In this document: positions 25,126-38,750 of the stretch, piece by piece
How positions within the stretch are numbered: position 1 is the first letter of the stretch
Layout of the letters: the number at the start of each line of letters is the position of its first letter
Source of the DNA: the human T2T-CHM13v2.0 reference genome, Homo sapiens
Strand: one strand, 5' to 3'
Length of the DNA stretch: 64,000 nucleotides
NCBI RefSeq assembly: GCF_009914755.1
Contig: NC_060926.1
Translations under genes and position numbers: made by a program
Notes under the pieces: generated by a model
Database searches by the model: none
The model's input: the letters and a program-made list of their open reading frames with translations, nothing else
Told to the model about the DNA's origin: nothing

Positions 25126-27507
25126 AGGAGGCAGGGGCGTCATTTCTCAGAGGAAGGCAGTGCAGCAGCAACCCTCCCACCAGCAGCCACAGCCCTGTGC
25201 ATCTCACAGCCTCAGGGACACTGAAGCACAGCCTGTAGCACAGTGGCTGGAACCTCAGACTGATCCCAAAGATCCCCTCTGTGTCTGTCTCTCTGTCCCC
25301 ATCTTCCTCCCAGAGGCAGTTCTGGGCCCAGGTATTTAATCAGAGTCCAGGAGAGGGGGTGAAAACTTCCCTCAGAGGAGCCCAACACCTAAGGTGGAGC
25401 CTCCGACCAGCAAAAAGCAGACGCCACCCCACACCCGGGACCCCCGCAAGAAGGGGCGGGAGCCCAGGGCCTGGGAGAAGAAGGAGAAGAAGGAGAAGAA
25501 GGAGCTCTTCAGAGACAAGGCCCTTCCTCTCCCAGCACTCTTCATTCCAAGTCCAGGGGGGAGGCACCCGCTGCTCCCCAGACAGTGCCCACCCCGCCCG
25601 GCAAAGCCCTGACCTGGGCTCTCCAGGTCCCCGCCAGGAGGCTTGCCCACGTTCAGGTCTAAGCCTTGTGTCCCCCTGAGTCTAGCCACCTGTCTGTCTC
25701 ATAGTGCAGAGGATTCAGGAGAGAACCTGCTGCTGGGGCTCCACCCTGAGGAGCGGTGCAAGGCCCCTCCCTGTCCCTGCACCCCAGGATTCCTGCACCC
25801 CACGCCCAGAGCAAGGCACACCCCTCCCCGCAGGCTGAGCTCCCCACTCTGGGTTCTGATTCCCAGCAGGAGCCCCCTTTCCTCCGTTGCCATTGCCTCT
25901 CTGCCCCCGCCTCCACCTTCCTCTGCCCCCAGCTCAGGGACCCTGCCCTGTACCAGCCGGGCCCTGGCAACTTGCCCCTCTGAGCCCCCACCTGCCCTGG
26001 CCTTTGGTCCTCCCTGACTCATTCTCATTGTGTCTTTACTGGGCTGGAAAGGGATATAGACGGTGCCTATCGCAGCCGAAGTCCTCGCTCCTCTCCTGCC
26101 CCACCCCTTCCAGGTTCCAGAGGACTCAGGGGAGCCCCTCCTCACAGCCAAGGCCCCTGGCTGGATCCAAGCTCCAGCCACACCCCGACCCCAGACAGTC
26201 TCCCCAAGAACATGGCCCCCAGACCCATCAGACTCCACATTCTCCACCAGTGCCCGAGTCAGCGGAGGCCTGCCCTCAACCAAAGCCCCAGCGGATCCCC
26301 TCAGTGCGGCACCCAAAGCCCACTGGAGCCCAGCTTCACCTCTCCTTCCCACCACCCATTGCCGCCGGGTCCCACAGCCTTGCTGCCATGAGCTCCCTCT
26401 GCTCAGTCCATCCTCACCTGGCCCCCAGGGCCATCCATTGTCTGAGGGGCTCAAGATCCCAGCCCCCATCATCCCCTCCTGCCCCCGCTCCCAGGAAAGG
26501 TCCTCAGTGTCTGGTCCCGTTGGGAGGAGGTGAGCCCTGTAAGTTTGCTCTTAGGATTGTGCCTGCTTCTTGGATTCAGGTGCACGGTGGCTGTGGAGGG
26601 GTGGGGGAGACCCCGGGCAGAGCTTGGTGAGAGCTGGGGGGACACGGGGCTGTGGAATCATGTGGACCACTGTGGACTGCGGAGCCTGGCCTGGCAGGAG
26701 GCCCCGCGGAGGGTGAGTGGGAACCAGGCGCTCGGGCCTGGCTGGGAGGGGCCGCAATGGGTGCCTGAAATGAAACTGTCCAGGAAGATTCACCGTTCTG
26801 TGATTTCCTTTTCTTAGTTATAAACTTGTTTCCAAAATGAGCAGCCTCAGAAGCATGACACTTCCTGGGCATGCGGGAGCCTCGTGTGGAATCGAAGTGG
26901 TTTCGTAGGGCCCCATTTTCAAAGAAGATTAAAATTAAAGTTTGAAAGCGATTTCCAAAATGCGCAAAGTTAAAGAAACTCTGAGCAAAGTGTCAGAGAT
27001 GTGGAAAATAATTCAACCCATCAAAGGCTTTCAAAAAGTCAAGAAATGATTCACGTGTTAATCCCTGCTGCGATCTTTCCCACGAAACGGCTCTTTTCTG
27101 TCAGATCATCTGTTTTATTTCCTGAATAAGGAAACCAAAGTCAAAAGTGGCTGCTCATCGTTGCTCTGTTTGCTGTGTTGGCCTCACAATATCCTGTTGT
27201 CCTGAGCACTTCCGTGAACTTCTGGGAGGTACAAGTCCTTTCTGTCAAAAGTGAAAATGTGCAGACATTTGACCCTGCAATTCTGAAAATCTCACTTCTG
27301 AAGACTGATTCTAAGGAAATCATTGTGAAAAACACATGCGCCAGGAGCATCTGTCAAATAGCAAAAAGCTAACTAGAAAGCCCTCAGCACCTGGCTGGGC
27401 AGGTGAAGAAATGACCTGCCCGCATGGTGGTTTACTTCTCGGCATTGCGGAGAGCTGCCCACGTAGTTTCAGATGCTGGCCGCGACCTCAGGTACACTCC
27501 AGCGTGG

Positions 27508-27725
27508 CAGCAGCTCCCAGCCCTGGGCGAGGCCCCACCGGCACCCCCAGGGAACATCTGGCAAAGTCTGGAGATGAGACGGTTCTGATAGTCTCTACTG
27601 CAGGGGAAGCTACCAGCATCCGTGGGTGGAAGCTGGGGCTGCCAAAGACCCTGCAATGCACGGGGCACCCACACAAGGAATCACTCCAGCCAAAATGCCA
27701 ACAGTGCCAAGATTCAGAATCCCTG
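27508..27725 (+). mobile_element. MER20 (hAT-Charlie DNA transposon)
   Basis: ccccagggaacatctggcaaagtctggaga...caatgcacgggg...ccaaaatgccaacagtgccaagatt...ccctg; CAG...CTG ends. Confidence 0.85.
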
Positions 27726-27850
27726 AAATGTGCATATCAAAATATCAGAATGTCACTCCCCACACTATTGACAGAGTTGAAATCTGAAAGAATTGCAATT
27801 AGACTCCCTTTCTCTATGTCATTTAATTTTCAATATTATTTGGAAAAGCA

Positions 27851-28140
27851 GGCCAGGCGCAGTGGCTCACACCTATAATCCCAGCACCCTGGGTGACCGA
27901 GGCAGGAGGATCACTTGAGCCCCAGAATTTGAGACCAGCCTGGACGACATGGCAAAACCCCAACTCTACAAAAAACACAAAAATTTGCCGGGCATGGTGG
28001 CCTGCACCTGTGGCCGCAACTACCCCGGCTGAGGTGGAATCACCTGGGCTTGGGAGGTCAAGGCTGCAGTGAGCTGCGATCGTGCCACCGTTCTCCAGCC
28101 TGGGGGCTGGAGTGAGACAGTCTCAAAAAAGAAAGAGAGA
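27851..28140 (+). mobile_element. AluJ
   Basis: Dimer with gaggatcacttgagccc and gaggtcaaggctgcagtgagc. Confidence 0.93.
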
Positions 28141-28174
28141 GAAAGAAGGGAAAAACAATACAAGATTTGTCTCA

Positions 28175-28600
<426 letters not shown>

Positions 28601-28634
28601 ACAAATTTCTTTTAAGTTACATGTGCTGAGGATG

Positions 28635-29480
28635 TGTTTACTTTTTTACTCCATTTTTAGTGGCCTCGCCCATTGAAAGTATACAATTCAATGATTTTAA
28701 CATATTTACAGAATTGCACAACCGTCACCATAATCTGACTTGAGAACATTTTCATCATCCCCAAAAGAAACCTTGTGCCCACTGGCGGCACCCCATACCC
28801 CCGACCTTCAGCCCCCGGCAAGCGCAACGCTCCTCTCTGTCTCCTCAGGTTTGTCTACTAGGGACAGTTCGTAGCAACAGAGCCAGAGTGTACACGAGCT
28901 CTGTCACTGGGTGCCCACCCTTAGCGCCTCGTTCTCAAGGTCTGTCCACATGGCACGTGCCAGCGCTTCACTCCTTTTTATTGCCGAGTCATACTCCAGC
29001 GTATGGAGAGGCCACGTTGTACTCAATCACGTACCTGTTTATGGACATTTGAGTTGTTTCTCCTTTTTGGCTTTTATAAATAATGCTGCCAAAAACATCT
29101 GTGGACATATGTTTTCATTTCTCTTGGGCCCATACAAGTTGAGAGTCCCTTATCTGAAATACTTGAGACCTGAAGTGTTTGGGTCCTCACATGTTTTTAA
29201 GTTTTGGAGTATTTGCATTATTCTGGTAGGTTGAGCATCCTACATCTGAAAATCAGAAATTCTAATTGTTCCAATGAGCATTTCCTTTGAGCCTCGTGTC
29301 ATGTCAGCACGCAACAAGCTTTGAATTTCCAAGTTTGGGATTTGGGATGCTCAGTGTGTACCTCGGATGGAGTTGCTGGGTGGTGTGGGCACCTGGTTTA
29401 GGCTTTAGAGGAACTGCCAGGCTGCTTTCCACCACAGCTGCACCCCGCCCCCAACACACATGAGGCTTCCTGTCCCTCCA
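28635..29480 (-). mobile_element. L1MB-like 3' region, interrupted by Tigger4a
   Basis: aagtatacaattcaatgatttt...gaacattttcatcatccccaaaagaaacc...ggacatttgagttgtttc...gaggaactgccag. Confidence 0.88.
29135..29358. mobile_element. Tigger4a/MER46A (TcMar MITE)
   Basis: ca(a)gttgagagtcccttatctgaaat...ccaatgagcatttcctttgagc...gggatgctca, flanked by TA dinucleotides at 29133-29134 and 29359-29360. Confidence 0.85.
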
Positions 29481-30459
29481 AATCAGAGACAGGCCTGAGC
29501 CTTACAGGACAGTAATGCTCTTGGGATCAAGGGCTGTGGTTTTAGCTGAGTGGCCACAGCAGGCCCGGCCAGGAGAACATGCCCAACAAGCACTGGGTGA
29601 AAGTCACCAACAGCCACAGAAATATCATCATCAATAAGAAGAGCAATAACTAGACGGCAGTGCATACGCGGTTTGTGCAGCATCCTGCATAAGCCAAGGC
29701 TGCAGACCCCCACAGCCTCTGCACAGCCCCAACCCCACACCAGGCAGGCAAGGGACTTGCCGGAGGCCACAGCACAAGACAGGCTGATCAGCCTTCTGGA
29801 CTTTCGGGCCAAGGGGCTGGAGGGCACTACTAGTCCCAGCTGGGCAGATGCTGCTCACAGGCCCCAGGAGGACAGTCAAGCAGAGACATGCCAACCTGGG
29901 GCTCTGGGACCAAGCTGGCCCCAGGCCCAAGCACAGCAGGAGGAAGGAATCTTTACCAAAGTAAAAGGGGCCTTGAATGATTGAAATGGCACAGTGGGTC
30001 CCAGAGAACATTGTACAGTCAGCATCAACATGTATCCTCCAACATACTTACTGGACTTCTCAAATACAGACAGAATCCTAAAGAAAGCCAGCCTCTCTCC
30101 TTCCTCCTGCCCCCTCCAAAATCAAGTCACTAATGAAGGGAAAATCTGATCAGCCTCAGACGGCAATATTCTGTTAGAAGACAGTTGAAATTTAAGTATA
30201 AAGGTGAAAAAGATTTTTTAATCATTCAAGCACTTAAGAAACACGGTTTCTATACATTCTTATTGAGAATTTACTATTGAAATGTACTACTATAAATTTC
30301 AGCCAAAGCAAGATGTAAGTAGAAAGACCATCGCAAAAAGAATGAAAATGAGCATTGAATCTATTTAATCACAGAGGTAAAATTAAAATAAACACAGAGG
30401 TTATTATGGCAAATAAGGATTTCAAACGTGAAATGTTCTCAGAACTTAGAAATGATGTT

Positions 30460-30690
30460 GGCTGGGCAAGGTGGCTCCTACCTGTAATCCTTTTGGGAGA
30501 CCAAAGAGGGTGGATCATTTGAGCCCAGGAATTCGAAACCAGTCTGAGAAATATGGCAAAATCCTGCCTCTATAAAAAAATTCAAAAAACTAGCGGAAGG
30601 TGGTGGCACATACCTGTAGTTCCAGCTGCTGGAGGGACTGAGGCAGGAGGACTGCTTGAGCCTGGGAGGTAGAGGCTGCAGTGCGCAATG
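30460..30690 (+). mobile_element. AluJ, 3'-truncated
   Basis: Left arm and partial right arm ending at gaggctgcagtg; no tail. Confidence 0.88.
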
Positions 30691-30755
30691 ATGGGAGGAT
30701 GTTAGGTGCATTGATTTCCTCATCTTTCATAGCTGAGGATATTGTTTGACGCTCG

Positions 30756-31132
30756 TGATATGGTGTGGATTTGTGTCTCCGCCCAAATCTCATCGAATTG
30801 TAATCCCCAGTGTTGGAGAAGGGCCTGGTGGGAGATGGCTGGATCACGGGGCAGACTCCTCCTTGCTGTTCTCATGAGAGTGATGAGTTCTCACAAAACC
30901 TGGTTGTTTAAAAGTGTGTGGCACCTCCCGCTTCACTCTCTTGTCCATGCTCTGGCCATGTAAGACGGGCCTGCTTCCCCTTCGCCTTCCACCACGATTG
31001 TAAGTTCCCTGAGGCCTCCCAGCCATGCTTCCTGTACAGCCTGTGGAACTGTGAGCCAATTAAACCTCTTGTCTTTATAAATTACCCAGTCTCAGGTAGT
31101 TCTTTATAGCAATGCGAGAAGAGACTAATACA
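30756..31132 (+). mobile_element. MSTA-like MaLR solo LTR
   Basis: tgatatggtgtggatttgtgtctccgcccaaatctcat...ctcaggtagttctttatagcaatgcgagaagagactaataca. Confidence 0.92.
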
Positions 31133-34100
31133 ATTCCTAAATTAAGTAAAAAAGATGAGAATATGCAAAAATATAAAAGTAAATATTAAGAATTGTAATA
31201 TCAATTATGACTACATAGTAGAGAAAAAAGGGAGTAGGAAAAAATAAATATTCTAATTTCATTATTGCTACTAGTAGTGAAGTAATAAATACTATTGGAA
31301 GAAATTAGGGGTTCAAATATTCTGTAGATTTGTTGATAATACTTGCACACACTGTACTCACACAAAGAAAACAAGCCACATGGTGAAAGGTTTTGGAAGG
31401 TCAAGAAACACGCATGATGGAAACATTATGGCAAAACGAAGAGCAAATGTGTCATCATATCAATGTACAAAGATGAGCTAAATGCATCTATTAGAAAAAC
31501 GAGACTATAAGGATTAATCATAAAACAATACCTAACCGCCAGCTGAATATTCAGATTCAGACAGGCTGAAAATAAAATAAATAAAAGGATTGACAATGTC
31601 AGCAAATCCAAACAGAAACAAAGCAAGCAGCGGTTACAGTCTTCATACCAGGAAAGGCTGAAGTTCCGCCAAATCTCTAAACAAGACCAAGAGAGGCTGA
31701 AGGACGGTAAAGGGTGCAACTCACAGTGAAGCTACAAGAGTTGGGAATATTGCGCCCCGCAATGACATGGTATCAGCATTAATGAGGCAATGTCACCTAA
31801 GAAAGAGGAAAGGCAGGCCAGGGTACGGGAGTCTTTTCTCACCTCTCTGGGCCAGTCACAGATCAAATGGCCTAAAAATCAGGAGTATAAACGACAGAGG
31901 TAAGATCGTAAGAAAGGCCTGATTGATACCTCTTAAATGTTATGTTCTGAAAACTAAAAATTCACCTTCTTTTAAAGTCCTTCTGAAAGAGTCATAAAAA
32001 TTAACATGTTGCACTGCTTAGGAAACAAATTCCAGAAATTCGAAATTATACAGTCAACTTTACATACACAAGATATAAAACCAGAATTTACTAATACAAG
32101 CAGAAAATTAACAGTCCCTGCCTCTGCCATCTGTACGAAAAAAAAAATGTACTTTTCATAAATCCCTGGGAAAATGGAAAAACCCAAACTGAAATTGCAC
32201 AATATCTAGAAAACAGCAAAAAGAATAAAGTATATTATATATAGAATAATAAAAAATAATAGGATCACACGTTATTCGAATCTATAGGATACATCTAAAA
32301 CTGTTCTCACAAATAAATGCTAACATTAATTAGGAAGAATAAATGAAAATAAATGCTATATGCATCCACCTCAATTTTTAAAAGAACAAAAAATATGCTA
32401 CAGGAAAAAAAGGGAAATAAAATTTTTAACCTCCTAAGTAGAATTGATGGGTTGAAGAATTGGTAAAAAAATAACAAGAAATAGTAAAATAGATAAAATG
32501 TTAGAAACTCAAAAGAAAGAAATATGAAAATACACAAAAATAAGAAAAGATATGGTGAAAATAACAGAGTAACTTAAAAGAAACATAAGTAAGCAACTAT
32601 CTTGTTCAACTCTATGCAAATAAATGTAAAAAAAAACAGATAAAACAGATACTCTCCTAGGCAACATAGTTTACCAAAACTTCAGTAACTAAAGAGAGAT
32701 AGAAATCTGAATAGAGCACCGTAAGAAAAAGAGAGAAGTTGTCAAGCAGCTAGTTTTCCAAAAGAACCAGGCCTAGGTAATATAACAAAGGAATTCTATC
32801 AAACCCTCAAGGAACAGGGCATTCCAATGCCATTCAACAATTCTAGAGCATAGATGTAGAGGAAAAGTTCCTGAATTCTTATATAAGGCAATCATAAGAT
32901 GGATTTGAAAACCTAACAAATATTATGCACAAAGATCAAGGTCTTCTATGAGTATCCATGCAAAAATCCTAAATAAAATACTGGCAGATGGAGTCCAGCA
33001 CACATTTAGAATATCGACCTCCAAGAGAAGTGGGCTGATCTCAGGGGGAAGTTGCTGGCACGGTTCGTCCATGTTGAAGAAGGCACTAGATTAAATTCAA
33101 CATTCATTCTCACTTAAAGTTAAAAACAGTAATGAAATAGAAACAGATGGAAGCCTCCCGCATGAGACGGAGAGGCCAGCGTTGCCCCAAACCAACGTCA
33201 TGCTTAATGGGAAACCCATCCCCCAGTCACATTAAGAGTAGAGTGAAATGAGAAGGCAGCCATCAGCACTATTATTTAGCCTTGCTACAGAGGTGCTGGC
33301 CAAGGCCATGAGAAAAAGGAAGAACTAGAGCCTTCAAAACTGCAAAGAAAGAGATAAAATTAGTACTGTTTTCAGATTATATCACAGTGTACCTGGAAAA
33401 ACAAACAAGAAAATCAACTAAACATTGTTGTAAACCAAAGGAGAGTTTTGCCTGACAGCTGAATACAAAATAAATACAACTAAGTAATAACAAATTCAGA
33501 AGATAAAACGGGGGAGAATATCCCATTTAAAATTGCAATAAAATCAATAAAATCACAAGGAATAAAATTGAAAAGAAATGTAAAAATTCTACATGAAGAA
33601 AAACTGTAAATGCTCTGTGAGACACAGATATATTTTAAACAAATGAAAGATCCGATTACACCTGTGAGGAGACAGATTTAACATCAGGAGTATGTCAACC
33701 CTCCATAGCTTCATCTAAATGTTGCGATTCCCATAAAACACCAACAAAACATTTAAGACAAAAAAGCAAAAGTTTACGTGAAAACATATCATGAAACAAC
33801 ATCAGTATAATTAAACCTATGAGGTGGCGTCACATGAGTAAACAGATAAATGGCTAGACTGGGATGTCAAGATGTCAACACACACGCATATTTTCAACGT
33901 GTTTGAAAATATGACATTTTCATATTGTGAAGAAGGAAATGTCTCAAGTAAGTGCCGGGAAACCTGGGTCATTCAATATAAGTGCTGTAGGGACAGCAAG
34001 AGCTATCTGAGGAAAAGGGTCAGATGCGTATCTCACGTTCAACACCAAAACATCAGAGTTATAAACAATGCAATCACGTAGGTATTCAGAGAAGCCATGG

Positions 34101-34460
34101 GGGGGCTGCTATATGTCTCTATCTTACAAGGAGACCTTTGTGCACAGGACAAAACCAAGAAGCCATTAAAAATGTGTTGCAAATTGACAACTGATTGGGG
34201 TTTTTGCTTCTGTGAGGATGGAAGAAGCCACAAGAGACCATCACTCCCACACTGACAAGAACTAGCCTTCAAAGTCTTATATTTTGGAACCCACTGGGGA
34301 GCTGAGGGGGGCGAGACAGCCTGGTGAACTGAAGCCCAAAGATGACAGCCCCCAGGAAAGAGGAGACACCGTCCCCCTGGGCAAGCGGCAAAGCAGGTAA
34401 GCAGAAAACAGCCGGCAATTGAACATTCATAAGGGCCAGTGTAGAAGGAAGAGCACCCAA

Positions 34461-35060
34461 GCGAGGGAGGCGGCCCCCACCATGGCAGGTGCAAGGGAGG
34501 CGGCCCCCACCATGGCAGGTGCGAGGGAGGCGGCCCCCACCATGGCAGGTGCGAGGGAGGCGGCCCCACCATGGCAGGTGCGAGGGAGGCTGGCCCCCAG
34601 CATGGCAGGTGTGAGGGAGGCGGGCCCCCAGCATGGCAGGTGCGAGGAAGGCGGGCCCCCAGCATGGCAGGTGCGAGGGAGGCGGCCCCCACCATCGCAG
34701 GTGCGAGGGAGGTGGCTCCCACCATCGCAGGTGTGAGGGAGGCGGCCCCACCATCGCAGGTGCGAGGGAGGCTGGCCCCCAGCATGGCAGGTGCGAGGGA
34801 GGCGGCCCCACCATCACAGGTGCAAGGGAGGCCGGCCCCCAGCATGGTAGGTGCGAAGGAGGTGGGCCCCCACCATCAAAGGTGCGAGGGAGGCAGCCCC
34901 CACCATCGCAGCTGCGAGGGAGGCGGCCCCACCATCACAGGTGCCAGGGAGGCCGGCCCCCAGCATGGCAGGTGCCAAGGAGGCGGGCCCCCAGCATGGC
35001 AGGTGTGAGGGAGGTGGGCCCCCAGCATGGCAGGTGCGAGGGAGGCGGGCCCCTGCCATC
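34461..35060 (+). repeat. GC-rich 29-31-bp minisatellite, ~20 copies
   Basis: gcgagggaggcggcccccaccatggcaggt at 34461, 34491, 34521, 34551 and onward, with interspersed variant units. Confidence 0.97.
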
Positions 35061-36864
35061 GAAGGCCCAAGGGTGCCCCCACCTGGGGAGGACACGGGAA
35101 ACGAGAGCAGCTGCTCCCCTGAGGGGGTCTGGGGGACAGGAAGCTGCAGGGCTGCGCATTCTCGCCCACGGTCTCTTCTGGGGCCTCGCTGCCTATCCTG
35201 GGCCTGCACTGTGGGAACCCAGTCCCAGGACAGCGCTGACCACCCACCAAAGAAGTCGGTGTGCAAACACCAGCATTCACTCTGCCACCCTGTGGCCCAA
35301 GAGGCCCTCACCCCCCATGCCATCCACCCTTGCCGCTGCCTCACCCCCACTTCCAGGCTAGTAGCTGCATTTTGGGGTCCAGAGCCAGTCCCCGCTCCCT
35401 GATCTGTGCCTTTCTAGGGTCTATCCAGCAACCTCCATGACACATCACTGGAGGCAGCCCTGCAAGGTATGGCATGTCCTGCCCCCAGCCCCCATTCAGT
35501 CCCCATCCAGCCCTCAGTGGACCCTCATCCCTTCTAGGGCAAAGCGCCTGCCATGGGGCAGCTTGGTCCTGCCCAGGTCCCAGGTTGCCAAGAGGGAATA
35601 GGGGAGCTAGGAGACGTCTCCCAGAGCCACCAGGGACTTGGCACACCATGACGTTCCAAGGCCCCTGTCCCCTGCCCCATCCATCTGCACTCCGAGGAGA
35701 CACCCCTACCCTCCCCCCGTTCTCCTTCCCCGCACACAGGACACAGTTCCTTGATATGTCAAAGATCAGGAGCCAGCCACCTTCTCCCGGATCCTCCAGG
35801 GAGGGGCCTGCAGAGACTTCCCTCACCATCCCCATGGCTGCTCCTTCCCTCCGGGTCTCAGGCTGAGCCTGAGGGTCAGATACTGGGGAGCAGGGCCTGG
35901 ACAAAGGGACAAGGCCAGGCCTTGGGGTGAGGTAGGGGTCTGTAAGAGTGGTTCTCATCCCTGGACAGAGCCGCCGGCTCTGACTGAGCTCAGGAATCCG
36001 AGCCCAGGGCGGCGGCTGGGAGGTTTTCCAAGCAGCTTCAGAGGAGCTTGTCCCCAAGCCCTGGAGGCCCCACTGGGGGATTCTGGCTCCGCCCCACCCC
36101 CCAGGCTTTGGGTGTGATTGACAGGCATGAGGATGAGGCAGGGCCAGGCCAGGCCCGGTCTTCCTCCTTCTGAAGGCTTCTTGCAGCTGCTGCCTGGGTG
36201 GAAACCAAAGCCAGGCCAGACAGGCCCCACAGACCTCGGGCAGCTGGACCAGTGGCTGTCCACCCTGGTGGGCCGGGCGCCTCAGCTGGCCAATGGAGCA
36301 TCCATGTGGGGCTGGCCCAGCTCTGCGGCCGTGGCAATCTAGGCCCTGTTGTTTGCTGTGGCCAGTCCAGGGCCCAGGGTTGGAGATTCAGGTCCCATCT
36401 CTGGGCTGTGTCCAGCTCAGACCAGGCACCAGCCCAGTCCTTCTCCCACACCCTGCCTGCCCCCGGCTAGGGTCATCACTGCCCACATCCACCCCGGGAT
36501 GGAAGGTGCCTCTCCACCTCCCATCCTATCTCTTAAGCTCTCTGAAGATGGAGCCCACTGCCTCATGTCTCTGCCCCCTAGTTCCCAAGGGCCGCAGACC
36601 GTCCCAAAGGACCGCCTGTCCAGAGTGTCACAGACGTGCAGTCCACCCTGGGGACAGGCACTGTCCTCCCCTGCAGGCCCACCACACTGGCCAGAGAAGG
36701 GGTGAGGCCAAGCCTCACCTGGCTCCCGCTGAGGCTGGAGCATCCAGGGAGGGGCCAGAGGCCAGGGGTCACCCTGAATGGACACCAGTGGGGACTGGGG
36801 GGTGCCTAAGGCTGCCAGGTGGAAATGGGAGGGCTGAGAGGAGCCAAACCACCCTGGTGGGGGC

Positions 36865-36996
36865 CTGCAGTACCCCTCAAGTCCGGAGGAGGCTGAGCTG
36901 CAGTACCCCCCAAGTCCGGAGTAGGCTGAGCTGCAGTACCCCCCAAGTCCGGAGGAGGCTGAGCTGCAGTACCCCCCAAGTCCGGAGGAGGCTGAG
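36865..36996 (+). repeat. 33-bp minisatellite, 4 copies
   Basis: ctgcagtaccccccaagtccggaggaggctgag at 36865, 36898, 36931 and 36964. Confidence 0.96.
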
Positions 36997-38446
36997 TTGG
37001 GGAGGGAGCCTGACACACTGCCCGAAGTGGCACAGGGGAGTGGACGGACGCGCAGGAGTGCCACGCGGGGCCAGACAGTCTGTGTTGCGTTGCACTGGGC
37101 TCCTCGGCTCCCTCACACGGAGTGGGTGGAGCTGGGAGGACTTGGGTCCAGTCGGGACACCCGGCTCTGGCCTTGCCCTCCCCGACCAGCCATGGGGTCC
37201 TCTGTGTCCTCACATGACAGCCAGCCCCACTCGCTTCTGCTATGATGTCTGCCAGGGGCCGCTGGATCCAGTGACGCTGAACCCCAGGGAGGGGTTCTCA
37301 GGTGCATCCTGAGACAGCAGGCCTCATGACTCCTCCCCACTCCCTCTCTCTCTCCATCGGCTTTGTGGCCGTGTTGTCATGGGATGGCTGCATTGCCCAC
37401 AGTCCCGCGTGAGATCTGAGCTACTCTCCATGGTGAGAGGCAGGAGAGGTGCAAGGTGTCAGTGTTGGCGGGGGCGCTCCTCTCCACCCCTAGATGAGGC
37501 CACTTGGTGGGTGGGAGCCCAGGTCAGCCTCCACCAAGAGCAGGGTGGGACAAGGATTCCACCTCACTCTTGGGCAGAGTGCTACACAGGGAGGGGCCAG
37601 CAGCTCCCAAGACCTCTGCCCATTCTTAGAGAAGCAGGTAACCAGAGACCCTCAGGGTGCCGGGAGCAGAGGCCCCTGCAGATGGATCCTGAGTGCTCTG
37701 GAGCCTGGAGGTCCCTAGGGGGGGGCCACCACAAGGGCAGTGGGACTGATAGGGCGGAATGTGGGGTCCCCTTCCATGCTGTAGCCCAAACAGCTTCAGC
37801 TTTGTCCACTAAATACACCATGGGTGAGGGGTCTATGTAAGCTATTTGTTTAACTAAGCACGTGCTACTAAAAATAAAGTTCACAAAGTACTCACAAGTC
37901 CAAACCTCATCAGTGTCCAAAATGAGCTGAGCTGGCCAAGATCAAGGCTTAGGGAAGCCCAGGCTTACATATTTTTGGTCTCTTATTAAAGAGGAGTCAG
38001 AGATATGTGGGTCCGTGGGTAAGTATGTCCTGTGCTATGAGGATGCACAGGCTATTGAAAAATTATGAAATCATGTACTTCCTAATTTTCACTAGATATG
38101 AAGGATACTGATGATTAAGAATTTTAAATAATATATGTAATTGAAACTACTAGAAATAATAGGGCTAAAAGAAAACTGTATGTGAAAAATGCACAAAGAA
38201 AGTACAATGTGGCTTCAGTAAGGGAAGGTATACAAGGTGTGTGTTTTCGTTAAGGAAAAAAGAGTAATTTTGTCTTAAAGCAAGATAGATTGTTTCAGAA
38301 TGAAAAAGAAGAAAAAGAGTGAGACAAAAACTGAACAGATATAGAAAGTTGTAGAAGGCCGGCAAAAGAGGAATGTTAGGTGTGGTCAAACTACTAATAT
38401 TAGATAGTTTTTATTCATAAGATCTTTTTTAAAAAAATAAGTTCAG

Positions 38447-38750
<304 letters not shown>

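Larger units (their letters stand above)
29940..34200 (+). mobile_element. Long degenerate old L1 (ORF1/ORF2 relic), interrupted by AluJ and MSTA
   Basis: Strong A bias and L1 motifs such as gaattctatcaaacc...aaggaacag, caaaaatcctaaataaaatactggca and gtacctggaaaa. Confidence 0.8.

Noticed and set aside
25394-25612. ORF with EKKEKKEKKE
   Set aside because: It comes from a short (gagaagaag)3 microsatellite, starts at GTG and has no other support.
29940-34200. Possible active L1
   Set aside because: It is heavily degenerate and interrupted, with no ORF1/ORF2-length frame.
34039-35402. Cluster of long ORFs on both strands
   Set aside because: They are a by-product of the stop-poor 30-bp minisatellite, with no promoter or splice evidence.
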